A stretch of 64,000 bases of DNA, taken from assembly GCF_049969415.1 (NCBI RefSeq), contig NZ_JBMFOX010000001.1, forward strand, positions 32,001 through 96,000, read 5' to 3'. Below the pieces are notes generated by a model. The model did no database searches. It saw nothing but the letters and a program-made list of their open reading frames with translations, and had not been told where the DNA came from. Shown here piece after piece: positions 58,479 through 64,000 of the stretch. The position numbers were made by a program, and so were the translations under genes. Position 1 is the stretch's first letter. Every line of letters begins with the position of its first letter. Source of the DNA: Candidatus Hadarchaeum sp. GTDB lineage: Archaea; Hadarchaeota; Hadarchaeia; Hadarchaeales; Hadarchaeaceae.

Positions 58479-59912
58479 TTGGTGAGGAGGGAGCGCTGGC
58501 GGCAGGATTTCAGCGGTTGGTTCAGCGACATCCTGCAGGAGGCGGACATCATGGACACCCGCTATCCGGTGAAGGGGCTGTACGTCTGGAGGCCCTACGG
58601 GATGAAGCTCCGCAATCTGGTTTTTTCGCTCCTGAGGCGGCTCCATGAGGATTCCGGACACGAGGAAGTGCTCTTCCCGCTGCTGATCCCGGAGACGCTG
58701 TTCCAGAAGGAGGCCGAACACATCCGGGGCTTCGGGGGACAGGTCTACTGGGTGACTCACGGCGGACACCAGAAGCTGGACGTCAGGCTGGCCCTGCGCC
58801 CGACCTCGGAGACCTCCATGTATCCAATGTTCGCCCTCTGGATCCGGACCCACGCCGACCTCCCGATCAAGGTCTACCAAGTCGTCAACGTCTTTCGCTA
58901 TGAGACCAAGATGACCAAGCCACTGATCCGGCTGCGCGAGGTCACCACCTTCAAGGAGGCCCATACCGCCCACGCCACCGCCGAGGAGGCCGAGGCCCAG
59001 GTCAGAGAGGCCATCGAAATTTACCGGAGATTCTACGAGGAACTCGGCGTCCCCTACGTGATCAGCAAGAGGCCGCCCTGGGACACATTTGCGGGCGCCG
59101 TTTACTCCATCGCCTTCGACACCGTCACCCCGGACGGGAAGGCGCTGCAGATCGGCACCATTCACAACCTGGGGCAGAACTTTGCCAAGGTCTACGGGCT
59201 GAAGTATGAGGGGGTGGACGGCAAGCACCACCACGTCTACCAGACCTGCTACGGCATCTCGGAGCGAGCGGTAGCGGCGACGATCATGGCCCACGGCGAT
59301 GACGGCGGCCTCTGCCTGCCGCCGCACGTGGCCCCGATCCAGGTGGTGGTCATACCAATCCCGTTCAAGGAAAAGGAAACTCCGGTGGAGAGGGTTGCTG
59401 CCGAGGTGAAGGAAGAGCTCACGGCCGCGGGCATCCGGGCCCACCTCGACGATCGCGACCTCCGCCCGGGCAACAAGTTCTACCACTGGGAGCGGCGGGG
59501 GGTGCCGCTCAGGCTCGAGATCGGGCCCAAGGATGTGGAGAAGGAGCAGGTCACCGCCGTGCGCCGCGACACGGGTGAGAAGATCACCGTCGCCAGAAGT
59601 TCACTGCAAACTCAGGTGGAGGAGATTTTGCAGCAGATTGCCGAACACCTCCGCGGGCGGGCCAAAAAAATGCTCGAGGAATCGGTCCGTGTTGCCGCGG
59701 ACCTGAAATCGGCCAAGGAGCTGCTGAAAAAACAGGGGGGCATCGTCAGGGTCCCGTGGTGCGGTCGCGAATCTTGCGGCAAACAGTTGGCGGAAAAGGT
59801 CGAGGCGGAGATGCTCGGGGAGGAGATCGACAACAGGCCGGCGCAGGATGCCAGATGCCCGATCTGCGACCATCCGGCCACCGGGAACGCGCTTTTGGCT
59901 AAAACTTACTAA
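58479..59912 (+). CDS. proS: Proline--tRNA ligase (archaeal/eukaryal type)
   Basis: RYPVKG, LALRPTSET, FRYETK, GTIHNLGQNF, C-terminal AKTY. Confidence 0.97.
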   Translation: MVRRERWRQDFSGWFSDILQEADIMDTRYPVKGLYVWRPYGMKLRNLVFSLLRRLHEDSGHEEVLFPLLIPETLFQKEAEHIRGFGGQVYWVTHGGHQKLDVRLALRPTSETSMYPMFALWIRTHADLPIKVYQVVNVFRYETKMTKPLIRLREVTTFKEAHTAHATAEEAEAQVREAIEIYRRFYEELGVPYVISKRPPWDTFAGAVYSIAFDTVTPDGKALQIGTIHNLGQNFAKVYGLKYEGVDGKHHHVYQTCYGISERAVAATIMAHGDDGGLCLPPHVAPIQVVVIPIPFKEKETPVERVAAEVKEELTAAGIRAHLDDRDLRPGNKFYHWERRGVPLRLEIGPKDVEKEQVTAVRRDTGEKITVARSSLQTQVEEILQQIAEHLRGRAKKMLEESVRVAADLKSAKELLKKQGGIVRVPWCGRESCGKQLAEKVEAEMLGEEIDNRPAQDARCPICDHPATGNALLAKTY

Positions 59913-59926
59913 GAATTTTTGGCAGG

Positions 59927-60011
59927 GGGTGGACGTATATGCGTCGCTCACCCCTGGGTGGACGTATATGCGTCGCTCACCCCTGGGTGGACGTATATGC
60001 GTCGCTCACCC
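59927..60011. repeat. Tandem repeat of a 29-bp hairpin unit, 2.9 copies, no spacers
   Basis: GGGTGGACGTATATGCGTCGCTCACCCCT at 59927-59955 and 59956-59984, and its first 27 nt at 59985-60011; identical copies. Confidence 0.97.
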
Positions 60012-60058
60012 AACTTCGCCAATATTCCTCAAAATTCCACAAAGCCGTTGAAACTGGC

Positions 60059-60081
60059 CAGAATTTGCGTCGAAAATTCTG
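60059..60081. promoter_or_regulatory. Inverted repeat CAGAATTT-N7-AAATTCTG (hairpin or operator)
   Basis: Perfect 8-bp arms between the tandem repeat and the Cas2/VapD-like gene; TTTATAA TATA-like box follows near 60108. Confidence 0.5.
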
Positions 60082-60144
60082 AACCAGCCAGCGAATGTTT
60101 CGTTCCTGTTTATAACGCCTCCACCAAAATCACGGCGGAGCGCT

Positions 60145-60390
60145 ATGCGTCTTGATAAAATAAAATACCTGGTCATCTGGGACAAACCCGGCATCAGATC
60201 GGAACCGGGCAGATTTTACCGGAGGATAAAAACCGAGGGAGCAACTTTCATCCAGCGAAGCGTCTACGGCACGAAAACTCTCGAGAAAGCGCTGAACCTG
60301 GCCGTTCTCCTCCAGCGCCGTAAAGTCAACGTCCTGATTTTTCAGGCGAGGTGGATTAACCTCAGTCCTCACCATCAACCCAAGCGCTGA
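60145..60390 (+). CDS. Orphan Cas2/VapD-like ferredoxin-fold protein
   Basis: 81 aa; KYLVIWD (beta1 + catalytic-position Asp), RFYRRIK helix, GATFIQRSVY (cf. Cas2/VapD xQxSVF/Y), terminal beta strand VLIFQ. Confidence 0.65.
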   Translation: MRLDKIKYLVIWDKPGIRSEPGRFYRRIKTEGATFIQRSVYGTKTLEKALNLAVLLQRRKVNVLIFQARWINLSPHHQPKR

Positions 60391-61262
60391 ACGGCCTCCA
60401 GAATCTCCGGCTCGGTGGGAAAGCCCGTGGGCCCCTTGTACCTGATCTTCAACCCTGCGGCTGCGGTAGCAAATTTCGCCGCATCCATAACGTCCCGCGT
60501 GGCCAAGTACCGGGTGAGAAAAGCCGCCCCGAATACATCACCCGCCCCCGTCATGTCCCTGACCCCGACCTTGAGCGGGTCAATCCTGGTAAAGCCCTCG
60601 CCGCTCAGGACCAACGTGGGCTCGCCACCCCGAGTGACGATCACGATCCCCGGCCCCATCTCCTGAACGCTGCGCATGCCCTCCTCGACGTTCCCACGGA
60701 GAACCACCGCCTCCTCCCTCCCCAGCTTGACGATGTCAACGTGCCTGAGGAACTCGGAAAGGTCCCTAGGCCTGACCCCAACCCGGCCATCGGCTCCGAT
60801 AACCCGCAGAATCCCCTGCGGGTCAAGCATCACGAAGTTGGACTCCCTCTTGATGAACCTCAACAGCTCCGGAGTGATCTCGTTGGCGATCGGTGAAACG
60901 TAAAAGGCCTTCGCATCCAGGTAGCTGCCCGGGACATCCGCAGGGGTTATCGGCGGGGCCACATGCTTGCAGACCTGGGTCCGGTTACCCTGCTCATCGT
61001 ACGTGTTCTCAAAGGTGGTCGTGTGCTCTCCGGCGACGTAGATCCCCTCGGTGTCCAGTCCGAGCTTGCGGTAGATGGGCGGGAACTTCTCGGTGAAGTC
61101 GATGCCCACCTTGGAGACGAGGCCCACCTCCAGCTTCAGGGCGGCGAACTGCAGCCCGGAGTAGGTCGGTGCGCCGCCGAGGACGTTCTCCACCACACCC
61201 CAGGGAAAGACGTTCACGTCCAGCGCCACATGTCCCACAACCACAACATCCGGTGCCATCAA
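60375..61262 (-). CDS. PfkB/ribokinase-family kinase (probable myo-inositol kinase)
   Basis: [30 protein letters not shown]; directly downstream of ino1. Confidence 0.88.
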   Translation of the reverse strand: MMAPDVVVVGHVALDVNVFPWGVVENVLGGAPTYSGLQFAALKLEVGLVSKVGIDFTEKFPPIYRKLGLDTEGIYVAGEHTTTFENTYDEQGNRTQVCKHVAPPITPADVPGSYLDAKAFYVSPIANEITPELLRFIKRESNFVMLDPQGILRVIGADGRVGVRPRDLSEFLRHVDIVKLGREEAVVLRGNVEEGMRSVQEMGPGIVIVTRGGEPTLVLSGEGFTRIDPLKVGVRDMTGAGDVFGAAFLTRYLATRDVMDAAKFATAAAGLKIRYKGPTGFPTEPEILEAVQRLG

Positions 61263-62332
61263 TTATCCCTCCTTCCCGCGATGAAATCCTCCACCGCCTG
61301 CCTCGCCCGTTCGTCGGGTATCTGGACCGGCGGGTGCTTGAAGAAGTAGGCGGAGACCCCGATCAGCGGCCCGGCGATGCCGCGGTCGAGCGCCAGCTTC
61401 ACCGCCCTGATGGCGTCGATGACCACGCCGGCGGAGTTGGGCGAGTCCTCGACCGAAAGCTTGACGTCGATCGTCAGCGGGATGTCACCGAACTTGCGCC
61501 CGCGCAGGTAGATGTAGCAGACCTTGTTGTCCTTGAGGAAGGGGACGTAGTCGCTGGGCCCGATCCGGAGCGGCACCTCGTAGGGGACCTGGCTGGAAAC
61601 CGCCTCGGTCTTGCTCACCCGCTTCGAGCTCAGCCGCTCCTCCTCGAGCATGTTCAGGAAGTCCGTATTGCCACCGATGTTCAGCTGGTAGCTCTCCTCC
61701 AGCTTGACCCCGCGATCGATCAGGAGCTTGGCCAGGACCCGGTGCAGTATCGTCGCCCCCACCTGCGACTTGATATCGTCGCCGGCGCAGGGCAGCCCGG
61801 CCTTCTTAAAGCGCTCACCCCATTCCTTTCCGGAAACGATGAACTCAGGGATACAGTTGATGAAGCCGCAGCCTGCCTCGATCGCCTGCCGGGCGTAGTG
61901 GCGCGAGGCCTCATAGCTACCCACAGGGAGATAGCTCACCAAGATGTCGGCTTTGGCCCTCCTGAGTTCCTCGGCCACGTCCACGGGCTCCTGCGTTGGG
62001 TCCACGGGAACAACCGGCTTTAGGTACTTGCCGAGACCGTCCAAAACCGGACCACGCTTGACCTCCACGCCCAGCCTCGGCACCTCGGAGAATTTTTTGG
62101 TGCAGTTGGGTGGAGCAAAGATGGCCTCAGAGAGGTCCCGACCCACCTTATTGGCATCGACATCGAAGGCGGCGACGGGTTTGATGTCGCGGATGTGGTA
62201 GCCACCGAAGTTCACGTGCATCAGTCCGGGGACAAACTGGTCCTCCTTGGCATGCTTGTAGTACTCCAAACCCTGGATCAGCGACGAGGCGCAGTTGCCC
62301 ACGCCCACAATGGCCAACCTTATCTCCGCCAC
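61259..62332 (-). CDS. ino1: myo-Inositol-1(3)-phosphate synthase
   Basis: [50 protein letters not shown]; GTG start 62332. Confidence 0.97.
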   Translation of the reverse strand: MAEIRLAIVGVGNCASSLIQGLEYYKHAKEDQFVPGLMHVNFGGYHIRDIKPVAAFDVDANKVGRDLSEAIFAPPNCTKKFSEVPRLGVEVKRGPVLDGLGKYLKPVVPVDPTQEPVDVAEELRRAKADILVSYLPVGSYEASRHYARQAIEAGCGFINCIPEFIVSGKEWGERFKKAGLPCAGDDIKSQVGATILHRVLAKLLIDRGVKLEESYQLNIGGNTDFLNMLEEERLSSKRVSKTEAVSSQVPYEVPLRIGPSDYVPFLKDNKVCYIYLRGRKFGDIPLTIDVKLSVEDSPNSAGVVIDAIRAVKLALDRGIAGPLIGVSAYFFKHPPVQIPDERARQAVEDFIAGRRDN

Positions 62333-62336
62333 ACCA

Positions 62337-62717
62337 TCACCCCAGCACCTCAACCAACTTGAAGAGGTAGAACTTCCCGCCCCTCTCCAGCGCCAGGCCC
62401 ACCTCGGCGTTCCCCCCACGGTGCCGGAGCAGCTCCTCCAGCTGGGTGCCCCTGATGAGGTAGTTCTCCCCCGACTTGACATCGAGGAACAGCCGCTTCC
62501 CCTCCCTCTCCACGAGGACGTCGATCGGCCTTCCCTCGGGGCCCCCGGGCCGCCAGCCGCGGGAGGCCAGGAGCTGCGTCAACCGTCTCCCGGCGAGCTT
62601 CCACCGGCGGGCCTTCGTCTCCCCCAGCCGGGAATGGCAGGAGGGACAGCGCAGCGGCGACCCGCGCGGCCGCCACTCGTAGCCGCAGTTCTCGCAATGT
62701 AAATTTGTTACAACCAT
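62337..62717 (-). CDS. Zn-ribbon plus PD-(D/E)xK nuclease-fold (Hjc-like) protein
   Basis: CENCGYEW...CPSC; PIDVLV...LFLDVKS motif. Confidence 0.7.
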   Translation of the reverse strand: MVVTNLHCENCGYEWRPRGSPLRCPSCHSRLGETKARRWKLAGRRLTQLLASRGWRPGGPEGRPIDVLVEREGKRLFLDVKSGENYLIRGTQLEELLRHRGGNAEVGLALERGGKFYLFKLVEVLG

Positions 62718-62736
62718 ATTTCAACCTCTGAAATAT
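62716..62736. promoter_or_regulatory. Putative PadR operator ATATTTCA-N5-TGAAATAT
   Basis: Perfect 8-bp inverted repeat in the divergent promoter region, overlapping the start of the ino1 operon's first gene. Confidence 0.6.
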
Positions 62737-62790
62737 ATCTAAAAAATTAACTATTTAAGGGTTGCTGACCATTTAATTCTGGTCCTTCCT

Positions 62791-63108
62791 ATGGCCATGG
62801 CGAGGATAAAGCGCAAGACCACGACCGAGATGATCTGGCCCTATTTCCTCAAGTTGCTCAAGGAGCGGCCCATGTACGGCTATGAGCTGCGCCAGGAGGC
62901 CCAGAAAAGGTTCGGCTGGAAACCGCCCACGGTGACCTCCTACCTCGTCCTCTACAGCCTGGAGAAGGGCGGCTACGTGACGGTGTCCTGGAAGGAGCAG
63001 CGGGGCAAGCCGGCGCGGAAGTACTACAAGATCACCAAGAAGGGGGAAGAGCTCCTCCAGGAAGCGATAGACTACTTCAAGGAGACCTACACTAAGCTCG
63101 CCGCCTAG
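62791..63108 (+). CDS. PadR family transcriptional regulator
   Basis: LKLLKERPMYGYEL...Y.VL.SLEKGGYV...RKYYKITKKG. Confidence 0.93.
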   Translation: MAMARIKRKTTTEMIWPYFLKLLKERPMYGYELRQEAQKRFGWKPPTVTSYLVLYSLEKGGYVTVSWKEQRGKPARKYYKITKKGEELLQEAIDYFKETYTKLAA

Positions 63109-63701
63109 TGCAGCCGCTGCCGCGTCACCCACAGCCGCTGCACGACGGTCAGGTTCGCGATCACCGCGATAACGACCACCGCGTAGGGGGTCAATCCCAG
63201 CAGCGCTCCGATCGCCAGGATGATCATCCGTTCCGCCCGTTCGGCAAACCCCACGTCCAGCCGCCCCGAGCCCGCGGCCTCGGCCCGGGCCCGGGTGTAG
63301 CTGACCATGAAGCTGCCCGCAATCGCCAGCAGACACCAGGCCCAGCCCCAGCCCAGCAGGATCTCAGGCTCGGCAATCCGGTGGTTGATCAACGCGTAGC
63401 TGATGCCGGCGTAGAGGAGGAAGTCCACGTAGCGGTCGACGACGGAGTCCAGCACTCCACCAAAGGCGGTCTCCTTCTGCAGCAGCCGGGCCACGGCGCC
63501 GTCGATGACGTCGAAAAATCCCGCCACCAGCAGCAGCACTCCGGCAAGCAGCTGCTCGCCCCAGGCGAAGAGGAGGGCCGCGACGACGCCGAAGATCAGC
63601 CCCACCATCGTGAGCATATTCGGGGTCAGGCCGCTGCGGGCGAAAACCCTGGCCAAGGGAGTTATCCAGCCCTTCGCCCTCTCGCGGATCCGGCTCAGCA
63701 T
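63105..63701 (-). CDS. CDP-alcohol phosphatidyltransferase (archaetidylinositol phosphate synthase-like)
   Basis: TPNMLT, DVIDGAVAR...FGGVLDSVVDRYVD signature, SYTRARAE. Confidence 0.92.
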   Translation of the reverse strand: MLSRIRERAKGWITPLARVFARSGLTPNMLTMVGLIFGVVAALLFAWGEQLLAGVLLLVAGFFDVIDGAVARLLQKETAFGGVLDSVVDRYVDFLLYAGISYALINHRIAEPEILLGWGWAWCLLAIAGSFMVSYTRARAEAAGSGRLDVGFAERAERMIILAIGALLGLTPYAVVVIAVIANLTVVQRLWVTRQRLH

Positions 63702-63756
63702 CCCGACGCCACCAGCGGAAGCTTTTTTCTCCGCCGCCATAAGGGTTTTGGAGACC

Positions 63757-64000
63757 ATGATATATTTAGGCCCCGCCGGAGTTCCAATCTCGAGCAAGGA
63801 CCGCAGCACCCTCGGCGGCCTGAGGCGGGTCGCCGAGCTGAAGCTGAACGCGATGGAGATCGAGTTCGTCCGCGGCGTGGCGATGAGCAACCAGACCGCG
63901 GAGGAGGTGGGCCGGCTCGCCCGGGAGCTGAAGGTCGAGCTCTCCGTCCACTGCCCCTACTTCATCAACCTCTGCTCGACCGACAAGAGGAAGCTCGAGG
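63757..64000 (+). CDS. nfo: Endonuclease IV-like TIM-barrel protein (3'-partial, runs off window end)
   Basis: Manual translation MIYLGPAGVPISSK...AMEIEFVRGV...LSVHCPYFINL. Confidence 0.88.
   Translation, partial: MIYLGPAGVPISSKDRSTLGGLRRVAELKLNAMEIEFVRGVAMSNQTAEEVGRLARELKVELSVHCPYFINLCSTDKRKLE

Noticed and set aside
58461-59486. 341-aa minus-strand ORF
   Set aside because: Antisense shadow of proS
59927-60011. Bona fide CRISPR array
   Set aside because: Units are directly head-to-tail with no spacers, and there is no cas1 or effector gene; kept as a repeat and a finding
59848-60155. ORFs 59848..60051 and 59919..60155 crossing the repeat
   Set aside because: 29-bp period cycles through frames; no recognisable motifs

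Overview
Archaeal chromosomal segment. Evidence: SRP54-rpl21e-rpoF-DUF655 order, RadA, ABCE1, NMD3, archaeal ThrRS/ProRS, pantoate kinase and GGTGA/GGAGG ribosome-binding sites. It resembles an anaerobic Euryarchaeota-related lineage such as Hadarchaeia (inference only). About 1-14.6 kb is an iron/metal-homeostasis and oxidative-stress region: rubredoxin-like protein, rubrerythrin, Lrp, NifX-like, DUF5320-like, MbfA-like, radical SAM, ZIP, two DtxR repressors with visible operator palindromes, FeoB, a two-subunit 2-oxoacid:ferredoxin oxidoreductase, FDR plus glutaredoxin, a ferritin-like protein and an unannotated 7-Cys mini-protein. It also holds two frameshifted pseudogenes (pdaD and a Zfx-type ferredoxin). 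Next come porGDAB-hypF, housekeeping genes, ilvB-ilvH-ilvC-ilvD-leuC-leuD-leuB, thrS, radA-serK-like-apgM, ABCE1, pncA-pncB-proB-proA-coaD-coaBC-pok, a toxin/DUF2283 pair, proS and an inositol-lipid cluster with PadR. The most unusual element is a ~460-bp insert between proS and the pfkB gene. It carries 2.9 spacer-less copies of a 29-bp hairpin repeat, then an inverted repeat, then an orphan Cas2/VapD-like gene, a layout reminiscent of type III toxin-antitoxin loci or a collapsed CRISPR. No tRNA/rRNA, transposase or true CRISPR array was recognised.
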